Assembly (NCBI GenBank): GCA_963712695.1
Contig: CAVQJD010000011.1
Coordinates: 69,336 to 133,335, forward strand
Length of the DNA: 64,000 nucleotides
Reading direction: 5' to 3'
Source: an uncultured Gammaproteobacteria bacterium
Lineage (GTDB): Bacteria; Pseudomonadota; Gammaproteobacteria; UBA9214
The position numbers and the translations under genes were made by a program. Shown here one piece after another: positions 49,663-59,949 of the stretch (position 1 is the first letter of the stretch; each line of letters begins with the position of its first letter). The notes under the pieces were generated by a model that searched no databases, was not told the DNA's origin, and was given only the letters and a program-made list of their open reading frames with translations.

Positions 49663-50355
49663 TTAACTCAAGCTCGTCTGGTCGACCTGCAATCCGGGAC
49701 CCATGGTCGTCGAAACCGACACCTTCTTCATGTATATGCCCTTGGCGGATGCCGGTTTGGCCTTGTTCAGGTCTGCCAGCAGCGCGCCCAGGTTTTCCTT
49801 CAGCGCATTAACCTCGAAATCAACGCGACCGATCGGGCAGTGGATAATGCCCGCCTTGTCGGCGCGGTAGCGCACCTGGCCGGCCTTGGCATTCTTCACG
49901 GCAGTGGCCACATCCGGCGTCACTGTGCCGACTTTCGGGTTCGGCATCAGGCCGCGCGGGCCGAGAATCTGACCCAGCGTACCGACCACGCGCATGGCAT
50001 CCGGCGAGGCGATCACGACGTCAAAATCCATAATGCCCTTCTTGATCTGTTCCGCCAGGTCTTCGAAACCCACGATATCGGCACCGGCGGCCTTCGCAGC
50101 CTCCGCGTTCGCACCCTGGGTGAACACGGCAACGCGCACCGTCTTGCCAGTGCCGTTCGGCAGCACGGTAGCGCCACGCACGGCCTGATCGGACTTGCGT
50201 GGATCGATGCCGAGGTTGACGCTGACGTCAACTGACTCCTTGAACTTCACGCTGGACAGATCCTGCAGCAGGCGCAATGCCTCGTCGATCGGATACTGTC
50301 TGCCACGCTCGATCTTTTCACGATAGGCTTTTACCCGTTTTGTCAGTTTGGCCAT
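49663..50355 (-). CDS. rplA: 50S ribosomal protein L1
   Basis: 230 aa starting [30 protein letters not shown]... Confidence 0.97.
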   Translation of the reverse strand: MAKLTKRVKAYREKIERGRQYPIDEALRLLQDLSSVKFKESVDVSVNLGIDPRKSDQAVRGATVLPNGTGKTVRVAVFTQGANAEAAKAAGADIVGFEDLAEQIKKGIMDFDVVIASPDAMRVVGTLGQILGPRGLMPNPKVGTVTPDVATAVKNAKAGQVRYRADKAGIIHCPIGRVDFEVNALKENLGALLADLNKAKPASAKGIYMKKVSVSTTMGPGLQVDQTSLS

Positions 50356-50361
50356 GATCGC

Positions 50362-50790
50362 TTACTCCTTCACATCAAGGCCCATACTGCGGGCACTTCC
50401 GGCAATGATACGCACGGCCGCTTCCATGTCCGCAGCATTGAGATCGGGCATTTTGGCGGTGGCGACCTCTTCCAGCTGGGCGCGCGTCACGCTGCCGACC
50501 TTGACAGTGTTAGGCGTGCTCGAGCCTTTAGGTATACCGGCGATCTTCTTCAGCAACACGGAGGCCGGCGGTGTCTTGGTGATAAACGAAAAACTGCGAT
50601 CGCCGTAGACCGTGATGACCACCGGAATCGGCAAACCCTTTTCCAGGCTCTGCGTCTGAGCGTTGAACGTTTTACAGAATTCCATGATGTTCACGCCGTG
50701 CTGACCCAGCGCCGGGCCAACCGGCGGACTCGGGTTCGCAGCACCGGCAGGCACCTGCAGCTTGATATAAGCCTCGATTTTCTTGGCCAT
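50362..50790 (-). CDS. rplK: 50S ribosomal protein L11
   Basis: 142 aa starting [40 protein letters not shown]... Confidence 0.97.
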   Translation of the reverse strand: MAKKIEAYIKLQVPAGAANPSPPVGPALGQHGVNIMEFCKTFNAQTQSLEKGLPIPVVITVYGDRSFSFITKTPPASVLLKKIAGIPKGSSTPNTVKVGSVTRAQLEEVATAKMPDLNAADMEAAVRIIAGSARSMGLDVKE

Positions 50791-50830
50791 GATTACTCCT
50801 GTGGGTACAAGCGCCTCGCGGCTCCCCTGT

Positions 50831-50891
50831 AAATTAAATGAGGCCAGACCCCATTTTTTAATAATAAATGGGGTCTGACCCCATTTAATTT
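50831..50891. repeat. Inverted pair of a REP-like palindromic unit (ATTAAATGGGGTCWGACCCCATTT) between nusG and rplK
   Basis: aaattaaatgaggccagaccccattt (50831-50856) pairs with aaatggggtctgaccccatttaattt (50866-50891) as near-perfect reverse complements. The right arm overlaps the nusG stop codon. Confidence 0.8.
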
Positions 50892-51423
50892 AAGCTTTTT
50901 CCACCTGGCTGAACTCGAGTTCGACAGGCGTCGAGCGACCGAAGATCAGTACCGAGACCCGCAGTCGGCTCTTTTCGTAATTAACCTCTTCCACCACGCC
51001 ATTGAAATCGTTGAACGGGCCGTCGGTGACACGCACCACCTCGCCGACCTCGAACAGCACCTTTGGCCGCGGTTTTTCGGCACCTTCCTGCACGCGCTGG
51101 AGAATGGCATCGGCCTCGCGCTGCGTGATCGGCGCAGGGCGGTCACTGGTACCACCGATAAAACCGAGCACCTTGGGGGCATCCTTGACCAGATGCCAGG
51201 TATCCTCGTTCATGTCCATCTGCACCAGCACGTAGCCCGGGAAAAACTTGCGCTCGCTCTTGCGCTTGGCACCTTCGCGCATCTCGACCACTTCCTCGGT
51301 CGGTACCAGGATATCGCCGAACGAATCCTGCATGGCGGCGCGTGCAATACGCTCCTGCAGCGCACGCTTGACCTGATTCTCGAATCCCGAATAGGCCTGT
51401 ACGACATACCACTGTAATGACAT
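50890..51423 (-). CDS. nusG: Transcription termination/antitermination factor NusG
   Basis: The internal Met at 51423 gives [22 protein letters not shown]... (177 aa). The ORF is open to 51486, where it overlaps secE. Confidence 0.96.
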   Translation of the reverse strand: MSLQWYVVQAYSGFENQVKRALQERIARAAMQDSFGDILVPTEEVVEMREGAKRKSERKFFPGYVLVQMDMNEDTWHLVKDAPKVLGFIGGTSDRPAPITQREADAILQRVQEGAEKPRPKVLFEVGEVVRVTDGPFNDFNGVVEEVNYEKSRLRVSVLIFGRSTPVELEFSQVEKA

Positions 51424-51425
51424 CG

Positions 51426-51803
51426 TCAGCCTCCCTGGCCAGTCAGCAACTGGATTGCCCAGAGCAGGACCATGTCCAGCAGCCACAGGCCAATACCGAC
51501 CAGCAATACGATGAACAGCACCGCCAGCGTGGTCTGCACTGTTTCTGCCCGCGTCGGCCAGACGACACGCCGCACCTCGGACTGCGCACCTGTCACGAAC
51601 CCGAGCACGCCCTTGCCCATGCTGGACTGCGATGCAATAAACGCGGCAATGCCGGCGATCGCCAGCAGGCCCAGCACGCGCACCACCAGCAGCTGGTCTG
51701 CGAAGTAGTAGAAGGCGGCAACACCGCCGGCCAGCAACAGCACGGCCAGCGTCAGCTTGATGCCGTCGAACCGGCTGCCTTCTGATTCAACCTTTGCGTT
51801 CAT
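51426..51803 (-). CDS. secE: Preprotein translocase subunit SecE
   Basis: 125 aa with three hydrophobic helices, ending ...[34 protein letters not shown]... It lies immediately upstream of nusG. Confidence 0.93.
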   Translation of the reverse strand: MNAKVESEGSRFDGIKLTLAVLLLAGGVAAFYYFADQLLVVRVLGLLAIAGIAAFIASQSSMGKGVLGFVTGAQSEVRRVVWPTRAETVQTTLAVLFIVLLVGIGLWLLDMVLLWAIQLLTGQGG

Positions 51804-51809
51804 ATATTA

Positions 51810-51894
51810 ATTAAGCGGGGTCAGACCCCGATTGTTTACCCCTTTTTTAACTTTCACAGACCAGCCGAAAAATTGGGGTCTGACCCCGTTTAAT
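51810..51894. repeat. Second inverted pair of the same REP-like unit, between tRNA-Trp and secE
   Basis: cggggtcagaccccg (51816-51830) and tggggtctgaccccg (51874-51888) have matching ATTAA/AATT flanks in opposite orientation. Confidence 0.75.
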
Positions 51895-51895
51895 C

Positions 51896-51971
51896 TGGCA
51901 GGCCAGGAGGGAATCGAACCCCCAACCTGCGGTTTTGGAGACCGCCGCTCTGCCAATTGAGCTACTGGCCT
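51896..51971 (-). tRNA. trpT: tRNA-Trp (anticodon CCA)
   Basis: The reverse complement is AGGCCAGTAGCTCAATTGGCAGAGCGGCGGTCTCCAAAACCGCAGGTTGGGGGTTCGATTCCCTCCTGGCCTGCCA. It folds as a cloverleaf with anticodon loop CTCCAAA, a TPsiC arm GGTTCGATTCC, and an encoded CCA. Confidence 0.95.
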
Positions 51972-52037
51972 AAACTTCCGTAATACGTGAATCGTGCGAC
52001 GGAACAGCCTCACGTTTCACGTTTCACGCTTCACCCG

Positions 52038-53228
52038 TTATTCGATAATCTTCGCTACCACGCCGGCGCCAACGGTACGGCCACCTTCGCGTATCGCAAA
52101 GCGCAAACCCTCTTCCATCGCAATCGGCGCAATCAGCGATACCATCATCTTCACATTGTCTCCCGGCATCACCATCTCAACACCTTCCGGCAGATCCACC
52201 GCTCCCGTCACATCCGTCGTGCGAAAGTAAAACTGCGGACGGTAATTACTGAAGAACGGCGTGTGACGACCACCCTCCTCCTTGCTCAGCACGTATACCT
52301 CACACTCAAACTTCGTGTGCGGCTTGATACTCCCCGGCTTGCACAGCACCTGACCACGCTCCACATCCTCACGCTTCGTGCCACGCAGCAACACACCCAC
52401 GTTGTCACCCGCCTGACCCTGGTCCAGCAGCTTGCGAAACATCTCCACACCCGTGCACGTCGTCTTCGAGGTCGGATTGATACCCACAATCTCAATCTCG
52501 TCACCTACCTTCACCACACCACGCTCGATACGTCCCGTCACCACCGTGCCACGACCCGATATCGAAAACACATCCTCCACCGGCATCAGAAAACTACCGT
52601 CCACCGCACGCTCCGGCTGCGGAATGTAACGGTCCATCTCCTCCACCAGCTTGACGATCGACGGCACGCCAATCTCACTCGTGTCACCTTCCAGCGCCTT
52701 CAGCGCAGAACCCGTCACAATCGGCGTGTCATCCCCGGGAAAATCATAACTGTCCAGCAACTCCCGGATCTCCATCTCCACCAGCTCCAGAAGCTCCGCA
52801 TCATCCACCATGTCCGCCTTGTTCATGTACACCAGAATGTACGGAACACCGACCTGACGACTCAGCAAAATGTGCTCGCGCGTCTGCGGCATCGGACCAT
52901 CCGCCGCACTCACCACCAGAATCGCTCCGTCCATCTGCGCCGCACCCGTGATCATGTTCTTCACATAATCCGCATGCCCCGGACAGTCCACGTGCGCATA
53001 ATGACGGTTCTTCGACTCGTACTCCACATGCGCCGTCGCAATCGTAATACCACGCGCACGCTCTTCCGGCGCATTGTCAATCTGGTCATAGGCCTTGAAC
53101 GTACCACCGTGCGCCTCCGCCATCACCTTCGTGATCGCCGCCGTCAACGTCGTCTTCCCATGATCCACGTGGCCAATCGTCCCCACATTCACATGCGGCT
53201 TCGTTCGTTCAAATTTTTCCTTTGACAT
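52038..53228 (-). CDS. tufB: Elongation factor Tu (second copy; ATG start)
   Basis: 396 aa, identical in protein sequence to 35291-36481. Only 3 synonymous nucleotide differences were seen, plus ATG versus GTG at the start. Confidence 0.98.
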   Translation of the reverse strand: MSKEKFERTKPHVNVGTIGHVDHGKTTLTAAITKVMAEAHGGTFKAYDQIDNAPEERARGITIATAHVEYESKNRHYAHVDCPGHADYVKNMITGAAQMDGAILVVSAADGPMPQTREHILLSRQVGVPYILVYMNKADMVDDAELLELVEMEIRELLDSYDFPGDDTPIVTGSALKALEGDTSEIGVPSIVKLVEEMDRYIPQPERAVDGSFLMPVEDVFSISGRGTVVTGRIERGVVKVGDEIEIVGINPTSKTTCTGVEMFRKLLDQGQAGDNVGVLLRGTKREDVERGQVLCKPGSIKPHTKFECEVYVLSKEEGGRHTPFFSNYRPQFYFRTTDVTGAVDLPEGVEMVMPGDNVKMMVSLIAPIAMEEGLRFAIREGGRTVGAGVVAKIIE

Positions 53229-53302
53229 CGCGCCTGACTCCCCTTACGGTTTGTGCCTGTACCTTAAATATATGTCCAACTGTTGCAACCATGTTCATGG
53301 TC

Positions 53303-53378
<76 letters not shown>

Positions 53379-53395
53379 AATAAACCCTGTCATTC

Positions 53396-53469
<74 letters not shown>

Positions 53470-53580
53470 CTGTCACAATAATCCGACGCCAGGCGTGACC
53501 ACCCAACCCTGCTTTCCAACCCTTCGTTGTTCTTCCACCCCCACAAAAAATGGCAAAAACGGCGGAAAAAACCCAACATC

Positions 53581-53665
53581 TGGTGGAGGGGGGAGGATTT
53601 GAACCTCCGAAGGCTGAGCCGTCAGATTTACAGTCTGATCCCTTTGACCGCTCGGGAACCCCTCC
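53581..53665 (-). tRNA. tRNA-Tyr (anticodon GTA), long variable arm
   Basis: The reverse complement is GGAGGGGTTCCCGAGCGGTCAAAGGGATCAGACTGTAAATCTGACGGCTCAGCCTTCGGAGGTTCAAATCCTCCCCCCTCCACCA, with anticodon loop CTGTAAA. Confidence 0.95.
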
Positions 53666-53889
53666 AAAAATGCAAGCCCGCTATTCTGTTGCAGCCTCAT
53701 GCGAGTGTCAACAGGCATGCAACGATTGAATAGCGCTAATCGCCCACGTTAGTATCAGACCGGCTCCAGGCGGAATCTGCAGGAAAGCCGGCTATTCAGG
53801 GGCAACGGAGTGCGCAACTATAACCCTCTGCGGCACATGTCGCCCGAAAATATCTATCTCAATGTTTATCATACAAATACGGGGGGATT

Positions 53890-54402
53890 TTGATGGAACA
53901 GCGGCTGTATTTCCTGGTACCCGACCGGGCACACGCCCTTGCCGTGGTTGATGACCTGGTCAGTCAGGGCATCGACATAAACCATCTGCGCGCCGTTGCC
54001 GATCGGCACACGCGAATGGACGGTTTGCCCGGCGCGCCCGCCCGCGGAGCACACACCTCAATCAGTTCCGTGCGGCAACTGGTCTGGCATGCCAATACCT
54101 TCAGCTTCGCCATTGCCGTGGTCGCCACGGTCCTGGCGCCGCTGTTTGTGGGATTGAGCTGGTGGCTGCTGCTGCCGGTCGCCATCATGGCCGCCAATTT
54201 TTTGACTGGTTTTTACCTGAACAACGCCTCAAACACGGAACTGAACGAGTTCCGCGATATGGTCGCACACGGCGAGATCCTGCTCGTCGCCGATGTCCCG
54301 GACACCCGGGCCGTCGAAGTACATCACAAGATTCAGCGCCGCCATCCTCAAGCCACCAGCAGCGGCACCCCATCCCCGAACGCCCAGGTTGTCAGGCTTT
54401 AA
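53890..54402 (+). CDS. Hypothetical membrane protein
   Basis: 170 aa with a soluble N-terminal ~60 aa, two hydrophobic helices (FSFAIAVVATVLAPLFVGL, WWLLLPVAIMAANFLTGF), and a soluble C-terminus. No family was recognised. Confidence 0.5.
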   Translation: MMEQRLYFLVPDRAHALAVVDDLVSQGIDINHLRAVADRHTRMDGLPGAPARGAHTSISSVRQLVWHANTFSFAIAVVATVLAPLFVGLSWWLLLPVAIMAANFLTGFYLNNASNTELNEFRDMVAHGEILLVADVPDTRAVEVHHKIQRRHPQATSSGTPSPNAQVVRL

Positions 54403-54429
54403 TTTATAATTTGTCAGATAGTTACATCG

Positions 54430-54897
54430 CTAGTGGCTGAAGCGTCCGTGCCCTGTCCGCTCACCCAGCAGCAAACTGAACGATTCGGCGCTGACATGGA
54501 TCAACTGCTCGTGGTCACCCGCCTCGAAATAGATATCCGGTTGCTCGGCAATCAAGTCATCGACCAGGGTTTCAATGCCATACGCAGGACCCAGCGCCGG
54601 AAGCGCCCCGATTTCGCAGTCCCTGAACAGCTGACCCAGCTCATGCTCTGTTACCAGACCGAGATTGCGATTCATCTGACGATGCAGCTCGCCCAGATCG
54701 ACCTGGCGGCTGGCCGGTAAAACCACCATCAGGTAACCCAGATCGTCCCCCAGGATCACTGATTTGGCGAGCCGGCTGCCGGGGATATGTGTGGCCTGGG
54801 CGCTCTCTCCGCTGGTCGAGGTGTGCGGATGTGAAAGTATGTCGTATTCGACGTCATGATCGGCCAGGTAATTCGAGATTGTGGTTGCGATTGCCAT
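54430..54897 (-). CDS. YbaK/EbsC-like aminoacyl-tRNA editing-domain protein
   Basis: 155 aa; the pattern ...YDILSHPHT.T..E.A....I.G.RLAKSVIL.D..GYLMVVLPA...VDL..L ... F.AGDHEQLI resembles the YbaK/ProX deacylase fold family. Confidence 0.65.
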   Translation of the reverse strand: MAIATTISNYLADHDVEYDILSHPHTSTSGESAQATHIPGSRLAKSVILGDDLGYLMVVLPASRQVDLGELHRQMNRNLGLVTEHELGQLFRDCEIGALPALGPAYGIETLVDDLIAEQPDIYFEAGDHEQLIHVSAESFSLLLGERTGHGRFSH

Positions 54898-55048
54898 TTC
54901 TGCACCCTCCGCGACTGTTCAGTCAAAAGTATAGATCACGGCTTGCTGACACGCAGACCCGGTGCAGTCTTTTCCACGCAATCAGGCAGGTAATTTGTTT
55001 GCGCCAGCCACGACCTTCCATGGCAGGCAGTAGCGCAGCTGTCGGTGT

Positions 55049-55591
55049 TTACAATGTGTTGCGCAACGCCGCGAGCCGTCGCATCCAGTCAGTCAGCTCA
55101 TCCAGCGCAACAGCTGCGTTGGCGGGACTCGGATTCGGTGTCACGAACACCCGGCTGGTGCCAAGCGTGAACGGCTGCACCCCACAATCGAGTGTCACGC
55201 GCAGCCCCTCGGCATAGCGCATGTAATACTGACAGGCCTGCTTGCCCTGGAACCAGGCAATGCGCGGCGCATAATGCACGAGCCTTTCTTTCAGCAGCGG
55301 CGCCCAGCTGCGGTAATCGGCCGCACGCAGCTCGCCGCCACCGGCAGTCGGACGCTTCACTACATCGGTGAAACCGATGTTGTCCCGTTCAAGCAGCACC
55401 TGCATGGCATCGACACCTGCCTGAACAGGAGCCTGCAGCAGGCCACTGGCATTCAGCGCTCGCCAGAACCGGTTGCGCGGATTGGCGTAATAGAAACCGG
55501 CCGCTACCGAGGGCAGTGACGGATTCAATCCGATGGAGATGATGTCGAGACCGGGATGGAGGTAATCGGGAAGGGTGTTGAGTTGTCTCAT
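55049..55591 (-). CDS. mug: G/U mismatch-specific DNA glycosylase (Mug/TDG family)
   Basis: Starting at the Met at 55591: MRQLNTLPDYLHPGLDIISIGLNPSLPSVAAGFYYANPRNRFWRALNASGL...GFTDVVKRPT. The ORF is open to 55621. Confidence 0.85.
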   Translation of the reverse strand: MRQLNTLPDYLHPGLDIISIGLNPSLPSVAAGFYYANPRNRFWRALNASGLLQAPVQAGVDAMQVLLERDNIGFTDVVKRPTAGGGELRAADYRSWAPLLKERLVHYAPRIAWFQGKQACQYYMRYAEGLRVTLDCGVQPFTLGTSRVFVTPNPSPANAAVALDELTDWMRRLAALRNTL

Positions 55592-55799
55592 GGCTGTAGA
55601 GTATCGAATCCGGCAAGACATTTTCAGCTCCCATCCAACCAGACAATCCCGCCAGGACGGGCGTTGCCTATCCCGGCGAGAAATGCGGGCTAGTTGTTGC
55701 GGCGGATGCGCAGAAAACGTAGCTTGCCGGTAGACGATCCGGTCAAGCTGGAGCGTTAATTATCATTTTATCCACGACTCTTTATTCAGCAGGCCATAT

Positions 55800-56165
55800 A
55801 TGAGCAAGTCAATGAAAGCAGCCCTGTTATCGGCCTTCGTATTTCCGGGCCTCGGGCATTTCTATCTGAAGCGGCCTGTTCACGGCGCCTTGCTGACCGG
55901 CGCTGCATTTGGGTCACTCGTTCTGATCATTTCCACGGCGGTCGATACGGCCCTGAAAATATCCGATCAAATCATGCGTGGCGAAATACAGCCCGATGTC
56001 GCTGCCATTACAGAATTGCTCTCGAGGCAACCGGCGGAAACCGGCTCCCTGCCACTGAATATTGCCTATGCCGTCCTGATCATTGCGTGGCTGGCCGGCA
56101 TCATTGACTCGTATCGGGCAGGACGCACTCACGTCGACAAGAGAGACAGAGAAGATAAACACTGA
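55800..56165 (+). CDS. Small membrane protein (hypothetical)
   Basis: 121 aa: MSKSMKAALLSAFVFPGLGHFYLKRPVHGALL... It has about three hydrophobic segments and no confident family call. Confidence 0.5.
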   Translation: MSKSMKAALLSAFVFPGLGHFYLKRPVHGALLTGAAFGSLVLIISTAVDTALKISDQIMRGEIQPDVAAITELLSRQPAETGSLPLNIAYAVLIIAWLAGIIDSYRAGRTHVDKRDREDKH

Positions 56166-56336
56166 TTCACCCTGCCTCGTTTATCATCCTGTCATTCCCG
56201 CGCACGACTGCGTGGAGGAGGTGAGACCATTTTCACGGGCATAGCCCGGGTTGAGAGGCTGGTCCGGGCCATGCAGAAAGCACACCTGAAGAGGACTCGG
56301 GAAAAAGTTTCCCGCCCCTCCCTGGCAGTTAGAAAC

Positions 56337-56792
56337 CTAGCGCGCGATGCGCGTCTCGCCATTGAGCGTCAGAATGCGCACGCGGTCGCCGACCCGGAAG
56401 CTGGACTGCGGGGTCTGCTCCTGCACCACGGAAATGACGCGGCCGCTGTCGAGCTTAACGGTGATATCGACACCCTGACGACGGGTCAGACCTTCCTCGG
56501 CGGCCGCCCCGGCCACACCGCCCGCTACGGCGCCGACAACCGTGGCGACTGCAGAACCCTTGCCACTGCCCACGGTGCTGCCGGCGATACCGCCGACCGC
56601 TCCGCCCGCGACCGTGCCGACCGGCGTCTTGGTACCCTCGATGACCACCGGGCGCGTCGCCTCGATGCTGCCGTACTCCACGGTCTGGATGCGACGCGCG
56701 TCATCGCGCGAATAGTAGTCACCGGTCAGGGTGGACTGGCAGCCTGCCAGCAGAAGTGTCAGGGCGAGTGTGGCGATTACTATGTGTTTCAT
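56337..56792 (-). CDS. Outer-membrane lipoprotein, SlyB/Pcp-like (glycine-zipper)
   Basis: Starting at the Met at 56792: MKHIVIATLALTLLLAGC (lipobox), then a glycine zipper GTVAGGAVGGIAGSTVGSGKGSAVATVVGAVAGGVAGAAAE. Confidence 0.8.
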   Translation of the reverse strand: MKHIVIATLALTLLLAGCQSTLTGDYYSRDDARRIQTVEYGSIEATRPVVIEGTKTPVGTVAGGAVGGIAGSTVGSGKGSAVATVVGAVAGGVAGAAAEEGLTRRQGVDITVKLDSGRVISVVQEQTPQSSFRVGDRVRILTLNGETRIAR

Positions 56793-56834
56793 CCGCTTAT
56801 CCTCGGTTAATGGGGACCACACCCGGTATGGCCG

Positions 56835-57824
56835 CTAGTGAGTGTCGATCTTGACCAGAAAGCGCCCGCGGTGGTTCCCGGACAATACCCGGTCGAACAC
56901 AACGGGCAACTCGTCGAGTGTAATGACCCCGGCCAGCATGCGCTCCAGATGGCGCGGCCGGAGGTCGGTAACCAGTCGCTGCCAGACCTTGCGACGCCGT
57001 TCCATCGGGCAGTTGGCCGATGTGATGCCAAGCAGGCTCACGCCACGCAGAATGAATGGCATCACCGTGGTATTCAATTGCACACCGCCAGCCAGCCCGA
57101 CGCCGGCGATATTACCCCACGGCCGCACCGTGCGCGTCAGCCAGGCCAGCGTGTCGCCGCCAACACTATCTATAGCACCGCCCCACTGCGCCTTCTCCAG
57201 CGGTGCATCATCATTCACCACGCAGCCGGCGTCGAGCACCCGGTTCGCTCCCAGCGCCACCAGGTAGCCGTCGTTGTCCGGCTTGCGACTCAGCGCAACG
57301 ACCTCATAACCGCTGCCGCTGAGCAGGTCGATGGCCACGCTGCCGACGCCGCCGGTTGCACCGCTCACCAGCACCGGCCCGTGTGCCGGCGTCTGACCAT
57401 TCTGCTCCATGCGGTCGATCGCCAGCGCCGCGGTGAAGCCGGCAGTGCCCAGCAGCATGGCATCGCGCAGCGACAGGCCATCCGGCAACGGTACCACCCA
57501 GTCGGCCGGCACCCTTACCATTTCAGAGAACCCGCCATCGTGGCTCTCGCCCAGCCCGCAACCGGTGACGAGCACTTCATCCCCGGCTGCAAAGCGGGCA
57601 TCACTGGATTGCTCGATAACACCGGCCACGTCGATTCCGCCAACCAGCGGAAAGTGCCGCAGAATTCTGCCCTTGCCGGTCGCGGCCAGTGCATCCTTGT
57701 AGTTGACGCTGGAATAGCGCGCGTGGATCACGACCTCGCCCGCCGCCAGATCCGCCAGCTGCAGGGTTTCCAGACGCGCCATTCCCTGCATGTCATAAAT
57801 CCGGAATGCACGAAAACCCGCCAT
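56835..57824 (-). CDS. NADPH-dependent oxidoreductase, YhdH/AcuI (MDR zinc-independent quinone oxidoreductase) family
   Basis: Starting at the Met at 57824: MAGFRAFRIYDMQGMARLETLQLADLAAGEVVIHARYSSVNYKDALAATGKG..VSGATGGVGS (329 aa). The 420-aa ORF extension overlaps the upstream gene. Confidence 0.85.
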   Translation of the reverse strand: MAGFRAFRIYDMQGMARLETLQLADLAAGEVVIHARYSSVNYKDALAATGKGRILRHFPLVGGIDVAGVIEQSSDARFAAGDEVLVTGCGLGESHDGGFSEMVRVPADWVVPLPDGLSLRDAMLLGTAGFTAALAIDRMEQNGQTPAHGPVLVSGATGGVGSVAIDLLSGSGYEVVALSRKPDNDGYLVALGANRVLDAGCVVNDDAPLEKAQWGGAIDSVGGDTLAWLTRTVRPWGNIAGVGLAGGVQLNTTVMPFILRGVSLLGITSANCPMERRRKVWQRLVTDLRPRHLERMLAGVITLDELPVVFDRVLSGNHRGRFLVKIDTH

Positions 57825-57834
57825 AGCAACCCGG

Positions 57835-58344
57835 CTATCTTGCGGAAATACTGTCAGTAGCGGGTTTCCAGTCCAGCGTCCCGTGGTAGTCAAACGGCAA
57901 CCTCGCCCTGCTGTTGGCAAGGCTGAGTTTGCCGGAAATGCGGTAATCCAGCCTGTGTTGCTGGTCAGCATTAAGCGCCTGCAACTGGCGCAACATACCC
58001 AACAGGCTGCTGACCACTTCAACCTCCACGACGGCCTCTCCCAGTGCAGGAATGACCACGGCCTGGCGACTGACGCCATAGGCAAATTCACGGTCATTGA
58101 TCTCTACGCCGTAGCTTAACCCGCTCACCCGCAACTCGATATCGTTCGGATTGATTATCCTCAGTGCCAGCAGGTAGCGCTGTTCCAGCAGCGTCATGTC
58201 CAGCGGCTGGATGCTGACCAGCGAGACCCGTGGCTTCTCGTGGTAGCCGCCCAGGCTGGCACAGGCCGAAATCAGCAGGCCCACGAGCGCTGCCGCCAGC
58301 AGACTGGACAGTGATGTCCGCAGGTTCCTGATCATTCCTGGCAT
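57835..58344 (-). CDS. LEA-2 (water stress/hypersensitive response, LEA14-like) domain lipoprotein
   Basis: 169 aa with signal peptide and lipobox ...LVGLLISAC, then ...VSLVSIQPLDMTLLEQRYLLALRIINPNDIELRVSGLSYGVEINDREFAYG. Confidence 0.7.
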   Translation of the reverse strand: MPGMIRNLRTSLSSLLAAALVGLLISACASLGGYHEKPRVSLVSIQPLDMTLLEQRYLLALRIINPNDIELRVSGLSYGVEINDREFAYGVSRQAVVIPALGEAVVEVEVVSSLLGMLRQLQALNADQQHRLDYRISGKLSLANSRARLPFDYHGTLDWKPATDSISAR

Positions 58345-59048
58345 TTCATTTCCTCGCCCTTGCGGACCGGCCCATAGGGTTCGTGTCGGTGCGCGTCATG
58401 ATAGCGCATGCGGTAATAGGTGAAGCGCTCAACATCGTCGAAATGCAGGAACGGATTGCCCGCCATCTGTTCGGCCAGGGTCGAGGTGGATAGCTCGGCA
58501 TAGTTGTGGCCGGGATGTATGCGGGTATCGGCCGGCAACAGCTCGACCATGTTCCGCAGTGTGCCGTACATCTGTTCCGGATCACCGCCGCGCAGATCGC
58601 ATCGGCCACAGCCGAACACAAACAGTGTATCGCCGGTGATCAGTTCATTGCCCACATGGTAGCAAGCCGAACCCGGCGTATGTCCCGGCGTGTGCAGCAC
58701 CCTGATTTCGGTCGTGCCCAGCATGATCACATCGCCGCCATGGTGCAGGGTGGGCAGATCCAGCCCCTTACCCCAGAACTGCGCCTCGGCCTTGAGCAGG
58801 TGCAACTGCGCATCATCGTGTTCCAGCACCTGGTTGATGCCGTTGATGTGATCGTGATGGCTGTGCGTGAGCAGTATATCGGTAATGCGCATACCGTGAT
58901 GCGTAGCCAGAGCAAGCACCTCGGGTACATCCCACGCAGGATCGACCACAGCGGCGCGACCACTGGCGTGATCGTGAATCAGGTAGATGAAATTCTCCAT
59001 CGGCCCGAGCTCCAGGGCCAGAATGGAAAAAGGCCTGGTCTGTGACAT
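58332..59048 (-). CDS. MBL-fold metallo-hydrolase (glyoxalase II-like)
   Basis: Starting at the Met at 59048: MSQTRPFSILALELGPMENFIYLIHD...LLTHSHHDHINGI...VLHTPGHTPGS. The ORF is open to 59120. Confidence 0.85.
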   Translation of the reverse strand: MSQTRPFSILALELGPMENFIYLIHDHASGRAAVVDPAWDVPEVLALATHHGMRITDILLTHSHHDHINGINQVLEHDDAQLHLLKAEAQFWGKGLDLPTLHHGGDVIMLGTTEIRVLHTPGHTPGSACYHVGNELITGDTLFVFGCGRCDLRGGDPEQMYGTLRNMVELLPADTRIHPGHNYAELSTSTLAEQMAGNPFLHFDDVERFTYYRMRYHDAHRHEPYGPVRKGEEMKCQE

Positions 59049-59271
59049 TCCGGGACCTCGCGTGCTGTCATGTATCTGCAGACAGTATGATAGATTCGAC
59101 AGCGCGGCAACAGCCTGCACCTTACACCACCTGCAACCAGAATCGCGCCAGACAGCACGCGTTCACATCAATATATTTACGTGTTATTCCGTGGGTTCCG
59201 TGGCTATATTTACAGCCTGAGCACATCCAGCCCCGGGTGCAAACGCAACGCAAAACCATTTCCATATCAAA

Positions 59272-59877
59272 TTGCAGGGAACTGCCGTGGCCGCTTACAA
59301 ACTCTTGCTGTACCCGCAGGACCCGTACTGCGCACCGGTCGAACTCGCCAGGCTGGACGACGCCCTGCAGGAAATCGGCTTCATCGCCGCACCCGTCGCG
59401 ACCAGAGACGGTGTGTTCTACCCGACCGGCACCCGGTTCCTGCAACTGCTGAGCTTTCTCGGCTGTGCGCCGGCCATCGAACTGGACCCGCCGACCGATC
59501 CCGCAGCGCTGGAAACAGCCCGCACCAGTGGCAGCTTCTGTCACGTCTACCTGTCGTGCAGCGACCAGCTGCAATTTCGCGCCGATCCAGGTACACCCGC
59601 CCCGCGCTGCCCGGCATGCCGCCAGCCGGACACGGACTGGCGCCCGCAGGTCGCCGCATGGCAGGGAAACCCCGTGCTGGACGAGTGGACTTGTCAGCGC
59701 TGCGGTTTCAGTGGCAGGCTCACCGACCTGCAGTTCCGCAAGTCCGCCGGGTTCTCCTGCACCTGGGTAGAGGTACGCGGCATCTACCCGTCCGAGGCCG
59801 TACCGGGCGAGGCCCTGCTGACGCGCCTGCGCCAGCTCAGCGGGTGTAACTGGCTAACCATCTATCTGAAGGAATGA
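59272..59877 (+). CDS. Hypothetical protein with CxxC...CxxC zinc-ribbon
   Basis: 201 aa containing ...APRCPACRQPDTDWRPQVAAWQGNPVLDEWTCQRCGFSG... No family was recognised and the start is uncertain. Confidence 0.55.
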   Translation: MQGTAVAAYKLLLYPQDPYCAPVELARLDDALQEIGFIAAPVATRDGVFYPTGTRFLQLLSFLGCAPAIELDPPTDPAALETARTSGSFCHVYLSCSDQLQFRADPGTPAPRCPACRQPDTDWRPQVAAWQGNPVLDEWTCQRCGFSGRLTDLQFRKSAGFSCTWVEVRGIYPSEAVPGEALLTRLRQLSGCNWLTIYLKE

Positions 59878-59949
59878 ACACCTGCCTGCACAGGCTATCT
59901 GTGCCACAATAGGGCCTGCATGTATTTAATCGGTAGTGCGGACATTGCC

